A stretch of DNA of 64,000 nt from the human T2T-CHM13v2.0 reference genome, Homo sapiens (GCA_009914755.4 CP068257.2:10496001-10560000); one strand, 5' to 3'. Positions 1 to 13,630 are shown, counted from the first letter of the stretch. A program made the numbers and translations. The notes: a model not told the origin generated them from the sequence alone.

Positions 1-639
1 GAAAGAAGACATAGTTTTTAACATATGTGGTTATTATTAACGACAACTGAGCCTGGGTACTGGATCATGTTATAATGCTAAAGGGAAGATTCAATAGAAG
101 AAAGAATGTCATAGCAAAAACAAAAAAATTAAGCATCAAAGATTTAAATGAAATGACTTTGAATATTACTAGTAATGAACATGCCAAGAAAAATCAATTA
201 CTATAACCAGAAGAATAATTCATGACTGCCCATGGGATTCATGCTGAGAAGATATACAATTTCCATTTAATTTCCATTTACTGAAAATTAAATTAAATTT
301 AGTGAGGGCTCATCACTACCCTCATAAAATGGTTCAGAGAGTAAGCGAAGAATAGAGTGTGAGCTTACAGCAAGTGGAGACCATCTCTTCTCCTCCAATG
401 TCCCACAGCTCCACAGCCCACCTGTCCAGGTTCTATCAAGGAATTTTAGCTCCTGCCCAGTAAAGGAAACAGTTGAGTGAGGAGAGAACCTGCAGATGAT
501 AGACAATATCTGAAAACTGTTCATTTGACAAGGGATTACTATAAAGCATATAAAATTAACTGAACTGCAATTAATAATCTGAATAATAATGGGCAAATAA
601 CATGAATGAACATCTGTCAAAGGAAGACGTGGAAAGGAT

Positions 640-1560
640 CAATAGATAGATAGATGATAAGTATATATGCACACATATATTGCTAGACAGCACTAATATT
701 CAGGAACATGCAAATTCACAATGAGATATCTTTTCATCCTTCATCTTTGCTGGAAAGTCTGTTAACAGAAAGCCAAAATAAGGAAAACAAAAGCTAGCAA
801 GGCTGCATAGAAGGGGACACTCTTATTGACCACTGGTGGAAATGTAAATTAGTATAGCCATCATGGGAAAAAAATAGAACTGCCATATAATTCAGTGATC
901 CAACTGCTGAGTATTTATCTATTTAAATAATTAAAAGAAAAAACTAAAATTGAAGAGATACCTGTACACCCATGTTTACTGCAGCACTAATTGCAATAGC
1001 TAAGCTATGAAATCAACATATGTGTCCATGAACAGATGAATGGATAAATAAAATGAGGTAAATTTACACAATGAAATATTATTCAGCCTTAAAAATGAAA
1101 TTCTGCCATTTGAAGCAACATGGTTGGAACTGGACACCCTTATGGTGAATGAAAGAAGACAGACTAGAAAAATAAATACCACATTTTCTCAATTTAATGT
1201 GGAAGTTTAAGAAAGTTGATCTTCTAGAAGTAAATAGTAGAGTAGTGGTTATGAGATGCTCCAAATGGGAGGAGACTGAGAGACAAGAAGAGGCTTGTTA
1301 ACAAATGCACAATTACAGGTAGACGGGAGGGATATGCTCTAGTGTTCTACAGCGCAGTAGGATGACTACAGCTAACAATATATTGTACGTTTACAAGTAG
1401 CCAGAAGAGAGCATTTTGTATGCTACCAACACAAATAAATGTTAATGTCTGAGCTGATGAATTTTCTCATTGTTCTGATTTGGTCAAACCACATGGCAGA
1501 GATGTATTGAAATATCACACTGTATCCCATAAATATAAACAATCATTATCTGCCAACCTA
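640..1560 (+). mobile_element. L1 (LINE-1) 3'-terminal fragment, sense
   Basis: Recognisable L1 ORF2-end and 3'UTR sequence (ccactggtggaaatgtaaattagta...cagcactaattgcaatagctaag...ccatttgaagcaacatggttggaactgga) followed by an A-rich end. Boundaries are approximate. Confidence 0.7.
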
Positions 1561-1829
1561 AAAAATCCTTTAATTAAAAAGGATTGTATTGCCATACATT
1601 ACAAGTGATTCAACACAGAGCCTGAAAAAAATACCATTTTTATTTGAAATAGTGAAATTCCTAACAACATAGTTACACTCATTTGCACCAAGCTGTGTAT
1701 TTGATCATGGTAAGCATAGACAGACTTATGCATAGAATAATATATTTTAATTATAGACTTCTACTTAATACTATAAATGCCAATACATTTAAAACAACTA
1801 AGCAAAAGGAATAAAGTTGATGAAATGTG

Positions 1830-1915
1830 TGTGGTGTGTGATGTGAGCAATTTTTCTTTAACCACGCTGTCCATGTTGGATGTGTGGTGTGTGTCTGTAT
1901 CTGTGTTTACTCTGC
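1830..1915. repeat. TG-rich low-complexity tract
   Basis: Runs of gtgtgtg/gatgtg repeats. The 86-aa ORF at 1777-2037 translates this tract and is an artefact. Confidence 0.5.
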
Positions 1916-2469
1916 TTGGGGTTCTCTGTGATTCTGGGATCTGTAGTTCAGTGTCTTTCACAAAATTGGGAACATTCTTAACCATTATTTTTTCAAATAC
2001 TTTCTCTGTATCTATAATTTCTACTTTTCAGAATTAAAGTATACATTTACTACACTTTTGATATTGTTTAGTTTCTTCACTCTTTTCCTTTGCAATTTAC
2101 TTGTTAAATTTCTAGTGACATTTTAAGTGCATGGTTTCATTTAAAAGCTGAGCCAGCTCTAATGAGCAGTGTGCCCAAAGATTGCTCAATGTTTATACTG
2201 CATTGCTTTTGATTTCTCATGCATTTCCATTTGATTACTTCTTAGTATTTTCATCTCTCAGTCCCCTATCTAGTCCTGCATTATGTCCACAGTTTCTTCA
2301 AGAGATTTTTACATATGAATTATAGTTACATTATATATCTTATTTAATTAGTTATAATACCTGTATCTTTTATAAATCCCTTTCTGATTATTTCTTTATT
2401 GTGACTTTGGTATTTCTCATTAATATATGTAATAATCATTGTTGATAACCAGACATGTTGGGTTTGACA

Positions 2470-3036
2470 GTTGATACTGGCTTATTTCATTTTATCCATT
2501 TTCTGCCTGTATTTGACCACACTTTATCTTTGCCAGGCAATTATTGTGGAAATGTCCGTGAATCTTCTCACAGCTACATTTGACATTTACTTTTGCAGTG
2601 GACATCAGAGTTGAAGTCTGTTCTGTGTCCACCAGAGACTTCAGATGCTCCAGTGATACCTTGTTTTTCTTTCCTGCTTGGCTTTGTCTCATCACCTGTT
2701 CCCTCCTCCAGAGAATCTCTTTCAGCTCCTTCAGGTGGGTTAAAATGTTATATTTAACTGACAATAGTGAAATTGGTTGAAGGCAATAGAATAAAGGGAG
2801 ATTTTGCGACTTTTCCTGGGTCCATATTGTGATCCTGAGTCTGGGTGTGAGCTTTCCAGTGTTTCTGAACTTCCTCCAGATGAGATGTTGGTCTGCGTGT
2901 TCTTGCTCTTTTCCTGGGTAGAGTCCTCTTGTTTTCCCCAGTTGTTCCCTCCCACAGCTCCAGTGTTCTCTTTTGGTGTTATCACCTTCCAGATTTGATG
3001 ACCTGAGGTTCAAATTAAGGCTCTGATTAAATAAGA
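2470..3036 (-). mobile_element. Old L1 5' region (end of 5'UTR and ORF1 N-terminal coiled-coil region), antisense
   Basis: The reverse complement reads ...acccacctgaaggagctgaaagag...ggtatcactggagcatctgaag...ggataaaatgaaataag. This parallels the L1 ORF1 segment cttaaaggagctgatggagctgaaa...gggtatcagcaatggaagatgaaatgaatgaaatgaag. It is divergent, so subfamily and exact ends are uncertain. Confidence 0.5.
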
Positions 3037-3425
3037 AGGCAGCAAAGGCCGGGCAAAAAGCCGCCGCAACAAAAAGCTGCGCTGACAGGCGGAAAAAGCC
3101 GTGGCGGCGGAGCCAAAAAGCCGGGGCGGCAAAAAGCCACGGTGGCGGGCGCAAACAGCCGCAAAAAGCCGCGGTGGTGGGGGCAAAATCAGTGGGAGCA
3201 GGGGCAAAAAAACACAAAAAGCCGCGGCGGCGGGGGCAAAAAGCCAAAGCGGCGGGGGCAAAAAGCCGCGGCGGGCAAATAACCGCGGCACCGGAGGGGG
3301 GCAAAAAGCCGCAGCAGGCGGCAAAAACCCGTGGCGGGCATAAACCTGAGGCGGCGGGGGAGCAAAAAGCCGCGGCGCCGGGGGGGCAAAAAGCCGCCGC
3401 GACGGAGGGCAAAATAGTGGAGATG
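3037..3425. repeat. GC-rich minisatellite, about 17 units of about 20-23 bp (GGCAAAAAGCCGCGGCGGCGG-like)
   Basis: Direct tandem reiteration of gcaaaaagccg(c/t)ggcggcggg variants is visible in the sequence. It creates the long repeat-derived ORFs 2492-3442(-), 3010-3324(-), 3101-3343(+) and 3174-3431(+). Confidence 0.85.
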
Positions 3426-6400
3426 GGGTAGAAGTCCGGCACAGCTTGGCTTTGCTGGAGTGTGATGTGATAGGAAATGTGCAGCCAAAGACAAAAGAAG
3501 ATGTAAGTAGGCTTGACTCATTGCAGCTAAGAACCCAGATGTTACCTTGAGGGTATTAACTAATAAGCAGTTTAAATCAGAATGGCACATTCTGATTTGT
3601 TTTTTGTATGTTCACATTTGGCAGGCATAGATACTGTTTGAAAAGAGAAAAGTCAGTACATAGAGGTAACAAGCTTAAATATGTGCCAAGTCTAGAAACA
3701 AGAGACTAGGGGGATAAGGACCTTTCGAAATAAAATGCAAGATTTGAAAACTGATTGGCTGGGGGATGAGGCAAAGGCAGGTCTTTAAGGTCAATCCCTG
3801 TTTTGCTTTAAGTTGTTAGCGGGTGGTTTTATCATATATTGTAGAATATGTCATTTCAGTTTTGAACATCTTGAGTTAAATTGTCCTAACATATCTTACG
3901 AATTTGATTTTCTTCCCTGGGAAGCTAATATTTCAAAAACTTAAAGAGTATAGATTTCCAACTGGTATCCAATTTATAAAACTATCTCTAGGCTGCTGAT
4001 TTCAGGAGGAGGCTCATGAATATTCTCTTTGCAGAGAATATATCAGGAGTTAACATCAGCTTCAATATTTGTGGACGACCAGTTAACTAAGCCACCTCTT
4101 AGTGTATTTAGATGGGAAATCTTAGCTGAAGATATTCAATAATGAACCAACAGTGACTAAAAAATTCAATATTGAAGTATATTTCCTTGTAATTAATTTG
4201 AATTGAAGTAGCCATATACAGCTAGTATTTACTACATTGAACAATGCAAATACGAGGAAAAAATTAATAACCATCTCTAATACCACATGCCAAAATCCTC
4301 ATCAATTTGTTCTAGCTAAAGGAGTTTATCAGAAGCAGCAGTTGAAAGCACCAACTAAACCAGCTGGGGTTAGTTCACTGTCATTCTCTCAGAACCATCT
4401 CTTCTCTGAACAAAACAAGTACAAGAGTTCATCGTGAATCTGCATTCTCCTTGCCTATTTTAAGGTTTTGATGTTGACACTAATTTGTGAAATCCCTCCT
4501 GTGGTGTGATATTTCGTTTTCCTTGCTTTCTGTTAGGACAAGAATGCTTCAGCTCTTAATTTAAAATTATGTTTCTCCCTCCTAGGTTGAGTGAACTTAG
4601 AATGCATTCTCTGACATATCCAAGTTTTTGTTCATATGAATTTGGGGAAAAAAGCATACTTAATTAGCTAAGACTTCTTATTCTAGGCTTGACCCTGTGT
4701 TCAACATCTATTGAATTTGTAGTTGCATGGGCTGCTCTCTGACACTGCTTAGTGACCTGGAAGCTATATTAACGTTAGGGGAGGTGGTGTATGAGCATTA
4801 GAGGTATCATTGCAAGGAAAGACTTGTCTTATCTCAATTTGTCTTTTTTTTGCACACAAGAAAGTCAGTGTTTGAGTCTTCTAAAATCTTCCTATTTCCA
4901 AGTTGCAGAGTACCACTGATTCCTAAACAAAGTTCTAATTTTTGACTCAGAGACGTGGCAAGGTAGTGAATCACCATTATAATTTAACAATCTTCAAGAT
5001 AAAATTATCTCTCTGATATTTAGATTTTGCCCAATTATTAAGATATTTGGGTGTTTCGTTAAGAATGGAAGACTCTAGTCTCTTCAGCAGAGACTACAAA
5101 GGCCTCAGATGATCATTTATAATTTTATGCTCTTTTCTTTAACACCTTCAACACAGTTGGAAGCAGCCAGAGTTGTTGTGTTTTTGAAACCAAATGCATG
5201 GTTCAGTGGTAGAAAACTGGGCTGATCCAAGCTGTTTTCAGTGAACACTTCATTTCAGGTGACCTATTTCATATTAAATAATCTCTAGATCCTGTCTTCG
5301 AAACTAACTAGATCAGATAACCTACCCTGGATTTTCTCCTTTTAGGGTCTGTGAGCTGCAGTCACTTTTGTGAAAATGATTGCAATGACAAGATAGAGTT
5401 GTAGATGGAGAAAATGTTTTGACTAATTTACGCATAGTGGTATTTCATATGAGAATTTAAGTTACACACATTTGAAAATTATAATGGAGTCTCTTGGCTG
5501 AGCTTTAAAAAAAAATAGCATTTAGGCTAAAAAGGGAATTGTTCCTCTCCTAAAATCAGAAAGATGTTACAGTAATTCTCCATTCTCTAGAATTATCAGG
5601 AAGCACCTTTGTGATGATTTACTTCTGTTCTTGGGAGTGTGAGCCCGTGTAGTCTTGGAACCATCAATTAGAATGATGGCTTTCTGATCCCAAAGTCATT
5701 CGTTCTGAAAACAATATTTTTCATAAATTTGAAAATGAGAAGTTTTGATCTTGCCATTCCCAAGTAACTCTCTTAATAAGAGGCATCAGCATGCTTCAGT
5801 GACAGCTGTCACCTTCCAGTGCTGAGAGTCATATTTGAGTTCTCCATTTCACTCCCTACACTCCAATTTAGCTGCAGTTCTCTTGGCCAGTCCTATGAAA
5901 TACATCCATGGCCTAACGACTTCTCACCACTAATACCACTCATCCTCACAGCATTCTCACCTAAGTCACTACCTGTTTTCTCTGGATTACGGTAGCCTCC
6001 CAATTTATTTGCTCACATAACCTATTTATTCTACACAGTGCACCAGATACACCCCTTTGAAATGCAAACACAATCATGTTATTCTCTGGTGAAATTATCT
6101 CATATATTCCTATCGCATTTAAAATTAATTCAGAATCATCCCATGATTATCAAAACCCTACATGCTCTTCCACAGCATGGTTTACTTCCAAGATATCTCT
6201 TCAACTTTTTTTTCACTGTAGTGAATTGGTGACTAATAGTCATATTTTTGTTTTTGCTCAAAAAGTCTTGAATTGTAAATTTTTCAGATTCTCCTTTATC
6301 CACAGGTAACTCTTTCCTCATAAGGCGAATTGCTTGCTTCCTTGAGTTCTGCTCTCAAAGATACCCTTCATTTTCTACCTAATATTAATAACTTTAATCA

Positions 6401-6904
6401 TTCATTATTCCATTACTATGCTCTACAGTGTATACAATTTCTGTTGTTTGTCATGTTATTAACTAAATTATTTGTTCCAGTAAAGTATTCCATAAATATT
6501 GTACACATAAAAATTATGTTATTTTTATTGCTGTATGCTCAGCTGCCCAATAACAGTCTGAGGATTAACATATTTGTTAAATGCACAAATACATTCTTTC
6601 ACAAATATTAGTTTAATAATTTTATATTAAACTCCCTCTATATTTACAATATGAATTAGATAATTCAGAATAAACATTCCAGTGAAAAAAACTAAACAAT
6701 TTGTTATAAAACATCCTTAAAAGCATCAGAAAGTTAATAGAGCAATGAAGAATTACAGGACCAAATTAAGAATGGTATGGAAGCCTGTTTGTGAGGCTTA
6801 TGTTTGGGGTTATCTCTTTACTTAGAGTGACTGTAAATCTCGAAAGAGGATTAAAGGGAGAAATAACCATATCAACTCACATGGTAAGGGTATTTAAACA
6901 TCTC

Positions 6905-7065
6905 TTAGTAATTGAGAAAATTGAAAGAAAAGAAAAAAGAGAAAGGGAGAAAGAGAAACAGAGTGAAAGGGATAATGAAGGAGAGAAAGAAGAAGAGAAA
7001 GGAAGAGGAAGAAAAGTAAAAAGGAGGAGGAGGGAGAGGGAGGAAGAAAGGTGGAAAGAAAGAAT
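6905..7065. repeat. Purine-rich (GA/GGA/GAAA)n low-complexity tract
   Basis: gaaaagaaaaaagagaaagggagaaagagaaacagag...aggaggaggagggagagggaggaagaaagg. The ORFs at 6791-7087(+) and 6877-7134(-) are translations of this tract. Confidence 0.8.
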
Positions 7066-7089
7066 GCTAAAGTTTTCAACAACATAATT

Positions 7090-7780
7090 TATCCTTCTAG
7101 AATATGAATGTTGGTCTATTTGATGATGTCCCACAGATTCCTTAGTCTCTGCTCATTTTTTATCTGTTTCTCAGAGTATTTTCCATTTTCTTATCTTCAA
7201 GCTCATGACTTCTTCTGTGTGTGCAAATATACTCTTAAATCCCTCTGGTGATTTTTAAATTTTTATTGTTGTAGTTTTCCACTCCAGAATTTCTTCTATC
7301 TCTGTTGATATTCCTACTTTTTAATATTTTTTCTGATTCCTTGATTTCTTTGTTTGTGTTTTCCTTTTAACATTTGAGTATAATTAAGAGAGCTGTTTTA
7401 AAGTCTTTGTCTAGTAAGTTTGAAGTCTGGGTTTCCTTAGAGATATTTTCTGTCAGTTTGTTTTGTTCCTTTGAATGAGTCACACTTTCCCATTCTTTGT
7501 ATGCCTTGTAACTTTTTTTGAAAACTGGACATTATAATAATTATAATTACCATGTGGTTACTCTGTAAATCAGACCCCCATCCCCACTACAAACACAGTA
7601 ATGTTTTGTGGTTTTAAATCTTCTTTACTTATTATATTGTTAAGGATTTTTTTTTAGTGAAATTTTCCAAAGTGATTTACAAAACTGTTTGCTTTATAAG
7701 GTGTGGTCACCGAAGTCTTTTTGTTTCCTTAACAAATGTTAAGCTAATGTTTTGACAGTGATTTTCTTGTATGTCAGGAA
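7090..7780 (-). mobile_element. L1 fragment, antisense
   Basis: Characteristic L1 antisense text (tgatgatgtcccacagattccttagtctctgctcattttttatctgtttctcag...). Boundaries are approximate. Confidence 0.5.
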
Positions 7781-8649
7781 CTAAGCAAACCGGCAAATAC
7801 AACAAAAACAAAAAGAAAAACAAGTAATCATTGTCCAGCAAAATATGTCTCTAGGCCATGCAGACTGGCTTTGTACTCGGTTCTTTAAAGCCGGCACAAA
7901 GTGTGTGTTCACTCTTGCACTGAGTGAAGTTCAAGTTCACTCTTGCACAGAGCTTGCACTGAGGGGAGGGATCGGCCAAGGTAAAAGTGTAGGGTCTTCT
8001 TATGACATTTGTCAGCATGTGGCTTAACCTATGCATACATGTGACTTTCTAGACCCTCCCATGTACGTGAATGATTTTGAATGTCTTAGTTTTCCAAATA
8101 CTCTTCTCCAACTTTTCTTCCTGTGCTCAAGGTGATCTACTATATGTGTAAACTCTAATTTTTGCCCTAAGCATCTGTGGCTTGTTAGGTCTCCTTGCAG
8201 AGTTTCTTGATAATGTCCATTCCTTATCTGTTCTGTATTCTAGCAACACAGAAAAAAAAAAGTCTTTCATGAGTCCTTTAGGTATCCCCCAGACCAGTCA
8301 GAACAGACACATAGTAATTTGAGGGTAAGATCTTCTCTTGTTCCTTTGGACCATGGACTAGGGTTCCTCACTGGGAACGTGGGCTTCTGATACTTCAAAA
8401 CTGCCAATTTGATGCTGCAAAGGCAAGTTAAAAATGTCATAAAGTTTTCCAGTTGTCTTTCTCTTGAGTCTGCTTTCACTTGGTTGTTGTAATCTTTTGA
8501 CCATTTTCCAGAGTTTTGGCAAAGTTTATTCGGACAGTTTCTCTTAGTTGTGTGATGTTTCTGTGGGGAAATGACAGATTGCAGCTGTCTCCACTGCCAT
8601 TTTGCTGATGCTCCTCTTTTGTCAATTTTTGCTTCATGTTATTGTGCTT

Positions 8650-9060
8650 TGTTATTAGTTCATGTATTAGTTTCCTAGGGCTGCCATAACCAACTAACAC
8701 AAACTGGGTGCCTTGAACAACATACATTTATAGTCTTATAGTCCTGGAAGCTAAAAGTCTGAGATTGAGGTGTCAGCAGGGATGGTCCCTTCAAGGGCTA
8801 TGAGAGAAAGTCTCTTCTGTGCCTTGTTTCTCGCTTCTGGTGGTTTAGTGGCAGTCTTTGGCCTTCCTTGGCTATTCTCTGCCCTCATAATCACATGGTA
8901 CTCTCCCTATGTGTATGTCTCCCTCTACTCAAATTTTTTCTTTTTATAAGGACATCAGTCATATTGAATTCAGGCTCATCTGATTTTATCTTAACTTAAT
9001 CACCTGCAAAGAACCTATTTTCTAATGAGGTCATATTCAGTGGTTAAGATTTCAGCATCT
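8650..9060. repeat. Ancient interspersed repeat fragment (the gtattagtttcctagggctgc...cttataaggacatcagtcatattgaattcag family), class not resolved
   Basis: I recognise the motif as a common mammalian interspersed repeat but cannot assign the family from memory. Confidence 0.35.
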
Positions 9061-9915
9061 ATATAGAGGAAACAATTTAGCTCATATCTGTGCATACATG
9101 ACTGTAATAGCTATGACCAAAAAGCGGGAAAAGCTATGACCAAAAGCGTTGACCTCCTTATTACTACAATATAAATGTTTAAAATCCTATTCACATTTTT
9201 AATAGTCTATATCGTGTGTTATGAGTATAATGAGTTCAGTGTTCTTATGATTGCTCTTTGCATGATATTTTTTGTCATCTTTGTACTTTCAATCCATTGG
9301 TATCCTTGCATCTCCGGGTATATTGGGATCACTTGTTTTAATCCAGTCTGACAATCTCTGCCTCTTGAAGGGATTTTAATCTGCTCACATTTAATATTAT
9401 AATTGGTATAATTCTATTTATGTCTGCCATTTTACTGTTTGTTTTGTATATTTCTCAAATATTTTTCTTTATTCCTTTATTTTGCAATGAATGAATATTT
9501 TCTAAAATAGGGAACTCTAGATTACTAATGAATTATTTTACTATATATTTTTGAGAATTTTTGTTGTTGTTGTAAGTTTACCATATAGGTATATGGAAAA
9601 TTATTTATTCAAATCATCTTCCAATTTATACTAGTAAACTTTTAGTAATACATAGAAACATCATTCTTATACAAATCTCTTTTATTTCCTCCATTTTAAA
9701 GTATTATCACTTTACACGTTACATCTATTAAAGTTACAAAGCCAACAATATATTTTAGTAATTATTGCTTTACCATCTAGAGTGATTACCTTATCACAAT
9801 ACATTTTTCTTCCAACTACCTCCTTGTTGATGTTACTGGAAAATATGTTATAGACGTATTACATTTCTACATGTCAAATACTCAGCAATACATTATGCAC
9901 ATATTATTATTATCA

Positions 9916-10197
9916 TTGAGACGGAGTCTCCCTCTGTCACCCAGGCTGGAGTGCAGTGGCACAATCTCCGCTCACTGCAAGCTCCATCTCCCGGCTTCAT
10001 GCATTCTTCAGCTTCAGCCTCCCGAGTAGCTGGGACTACAGGCGCCTGCCATCACGCCTGGCTAATTTTTTGTATTTTTAGTAGAGACGGGGTTTCACTG
10101 TGTTAGCCAGGATGGTCTCTATCTCCTGGCCTCATAATACGCCCGCCTCGGCCTCCCGAAATGTTGAGTTTACAGGCGTGAGCCATAGTGCCCGGCC
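9916..10197 (-). mobile_element. Alu, antisense
   Basis: tgagacggagtctccctctgtcacccaggctggagtgcagtggc ... ggcgtgagccatagtgcccggcc. It is preceded by a (TTA)n tract. Confidence 0.9.
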
Positions 10198-12589
10198 GTT
10201 ATATGCATATTATTTTATAAACAATTTATGATAAAGAGAAAATATGCATTTCTACTGTTTTTATAATGTTAATATTACCTATACCAGTGCTTTTTTAAAA
10301 ATGTGGATTCAAATGACTGGCTTGTGTAACTTGCTTTTAGCCTTAGGAATTTATTTTAGTGTTTTGTTTTGTTTTTTTTTTGTTTTTTTTTTGTATGGTA
10401 GGTCTGCCAGCAACAACTTCAGTTAATATTTTGGTTTATCTGTGTAAGTCTTTCTGTTATCTTCATTTTTGAAAAATAATTGCTCAATAAGGAATTGGTG
10501 GCTGACAGTTTTTTTCTTTGCATCTTTTGAATATATTATTCTACTGCCTCTTGCCTTCCATTGTTTCTGTTAAGTCAGCTGTTAATCTTAGAAAACCTAG
10601 GTGCTCAAAAAATAAACATATGCATGAATATTTATAGCAGTAATATTCTTACAGTCAAAAAGTGGAAACAATCCATATGCTTGTTGACTCATAAATGGAC
10701 ACCCAATTTCCAGCTATAACAAAGAATGAAGTACTTATACATGGTATAATATGGGTGAAATTTGAAAGCATTACGTTAAGTGCACAAAAGGATAAATATT
10801 ACTTGATTTTATTCACATGAAACATCAGGAATTGGCAAATCAACTGGGATATAAATCAGATTAGTGGTCATTAGGGCTCAGGGAAGCAGAATAGGGTGTA
10901 ACAACTTCATGCATAATTGGGTTTTTAGAAGGGACATGATGAAATTGTCCTGGAACATTGTGAATATACTAAAAGCAACTGCGTTGTATGCTTTAAAATT
11001 CTTAAGTTATTAATTTTATATTATGTGATTTTTACCTTAAAAAAATAGAAAATAGCCTTACTCTATATACAATAAACTCAAGATGTGTTACAAATTTATA
11101 TGTGAAATCCAAAATACTATAATAGTTAAGGAATAGCTGAGTAGAATAACACTAAAATTTAACATAATGAAATATTTCCTTAAAGAAGAAAAAAGCACAG
11201 TAATTAAAAAGGGAAATATAGTTAATATTTTTTCTCTCTATTAAGCATGCCATTAACTGAGTAAAAAATCAAGCTGCAATTATGTAAACTACATTTTCTA
11301 AAACCATAAAGAAAATAAGGAATGAAAAGGGATTTGGGAAAAAAATCCAAAGGTACAGTCAACTACACAAAAAAAGCTTAGTCTCATTAATCATTATGAA
11401 AACGCAAATTGTAACTGAAAGAAGATAAAACTACAATTCAAAGAGAAAGCCTAAAATTTCAACCCCCCAAAAAGTCTGGGTTTTGGAGATCTGGGATGGA
11501 ATAGGTTTCCTAACCTGACAACAATGAAAGAACCAAACTAACTTCAAAGTCATGACTTTATTTTTATAGCAACCAGGTTGCCAAGAACTGAGTCAAAATG
11601 TGAGGGAAAACAAGCACCTGCAAGGAGAAAGAGGACAGATGCACTTACATAGGACAGATGCAAATAGACACCATTATGACAAGTAAAGCTGGAATAATCA
11701 ATAAATTCCTAAAGACAAAGTGGGGCTGGTGAGATTGGGAGAACGCTGACAGCTGCAGAAGTTGGGAAAGATCCATCATCTTGAAAACTTTTTCCCCACA
11801 AACCCACTGCGATCTCTCAAGCAATTGGTGAGGAATCCAAGAGAGTCTGTATATGACACAGATCAGGGAGAGCAGAACACTTGGGAGGTGACCAGGTCTT
11901 GGGGGCCGAGCCCTTATGAATGGGATTAGTGCCTTTATAAAAGAAGCTCAATGGAGTTATTGTGTGCCTTCCACTGTGTGAGCACATAGAAAGAAGGCAC
12001 CATCTATGAACCATGAAATGGGCTCTCATCAACACTGAATTTGTGAGCATCTTGACCTGAGATCTTACAGCCTCAAGAAGTGTGAAAAGAGAAATATCTG
12101 TTGTTTTTTAGTCACCCAGTATATGTTATTTTGTTATAAGAGTCCAAATAGACCAAGATATTCCACTTAATATGCAGGGGAAGGCAACAAAAACTGCCAC
12201 ACTTAGAATACTCCTGATGCTGGGAGTATGAAAACAGGAAAAACAAAACAAAACTGCTCTTGAAGGTGAAGGAGGAATATCACTGAGCTCACTAACACAG
12301 CCAGGAAAAGAACAGAAGTGTGAGAAGGCTACATTCCTGAGACCCTGAGAAAAAGTACCTGCATGAGACTGAGATGAAATTACCTACTCTAGTTATGACT
12401 GAAATCCCAAAAAGAAAAGAGGGAAAAATAATGGAGCAAAAGAAATATTTTTCAAAATAACTGCCAAAAATATTCTAAAAGAAGTGACAGAAAATGGAAC
12501 TTCAGATATAGGAGACTCAGAGAATGTCAAATAGAACAAAAATAAATAAGAATTAAATCTTGAAAAATCTTTTAAAAATCAACTCTAAA

Positions 12590-13070
12590 TTTTATATCTT
12601 GCTCCAAATATATAGAGATATAAATAGGTTATCATCAAGATATGGAGAAAGCCATATCATGGAAACAATAAAATAAAGCTGTTGAAGGACTACATAGATA
12701 TTAGACACAACAGAGTTCAGAACAAGAAATAGTATCAGAGATGAGAGGTAATAGATAATATAATAATCAATTCTCAAGAAGATGTAAGCATCCTCCTAAT
12801 TAGGTTATGCAGCTAACAACAGAACCTCCAAATACATGAGGTAAAACATGAAAGAAATCAAAGGTGAACTAGAAAAATCCAAAATTATATTTGCAGACTT
12901 CAACACTTTTGTCTTAGTAATGGATAGACTAGGCACAAACTCAGTAGTCATATGGAAGATAAGAACAACAATATCACCAACAAGACATCCAATCTGCAAT
13001 GGCAGATACTCTTTCTTTTCAAGTGAAAAAAAAAACATTATGGCATATTCTCTAACAAACCCAGAATTTC
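12590..13070 (+). mobile_element. Old L1 ORF2 5' (endonuclease) fragment, sense
   Basis: Matches the L1 ORF2 EN-domain region: ...taagcatcctcctaattaggttatgcagctaacaacagaacctccaaatacatgag...gcagacttcaacacttttgtcttagtaatggatagac (compare gggagactttaacaccccactgtcaacattagacagatc). Confidence 0.7.
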
Positions 13071-13074
13071 TAAT

Positions 13075-13630
13075 ATTTGCGATCTTCCTCCCTTCTTTCT
13101 ATCTTTCCATCTTCCTCTCTCTTCTCTTCCGTTCCCTTGCCTTCTTCCTTCCTTTCTTCTTTTCCTCTTTCTTTTCTTTTTTCTTTTCCTTTCTTTTCTT
13201 TCTTTTCTCCTTCCTTCCTTCTTTTTCTTTCTTTCCCCTTATTCTTCCTTCCCTCCCCCCTCCCTTCCTTTCTCCCTTTTCTTCCTTCTTTTCTCTTATT
13301 CTTTCTCACTTTGTTGCTTTCTTTCCTTTTTTCTCCCTTCCTCCCTCCTTTTCTTCCTTCCTCCCTCCCTTCCTTTCCTCCTTTTTCCTTCCTTCTCTTT
13401 ATTTTCTTCGTGTCTTTGCCTTCCTCCCTTTTACCATTCTCTCTTCCTCCTTTCCTTCTTCTTTCTCACTTTCTTTCTCTCTTTCTTGAGTTCTTGCTTT
13501 TTTCTCCCTTCCTGCCTTTCTCCCTTCCTCCCTCCCTCCCTTCTCTCATTTCCTCCTTCTTTTCTTTCTTCTTTCTTTCCTTCCTTCCTTCTTTCCTTCC
13601 TTCTTTTTTCTTTCTTTTCTCTTTCCTACA
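13075..13630. repeat. Polypyrimidine (CTTY/CCTT)n simple repeat, about 550 bp
   Basis: Continuous C/T-only tract (cttcctcccttctttctatctttcc...). The 213-aa and 189-aa plus-strand ORFs and the 79-aa minus ORF here are translations of it. Confidence 0.9.

Noticed and set aside
2492-3442. 316-aa minus-strand ORF (Pro/Ala/Arg-rich), the longest ORF in the track, plus the overlapping ORFs 3010-3324(-), 3101-3343(+), 3174-3431(+) and 3189-3590(-)
   Set aside because: They are read-through of the GC-rich 20-bp minisatellite fused to a degenerate L1 ORF1 remnant. They have repetitive low-complexity composition, open frames on both strands at once, and no start or splice context.
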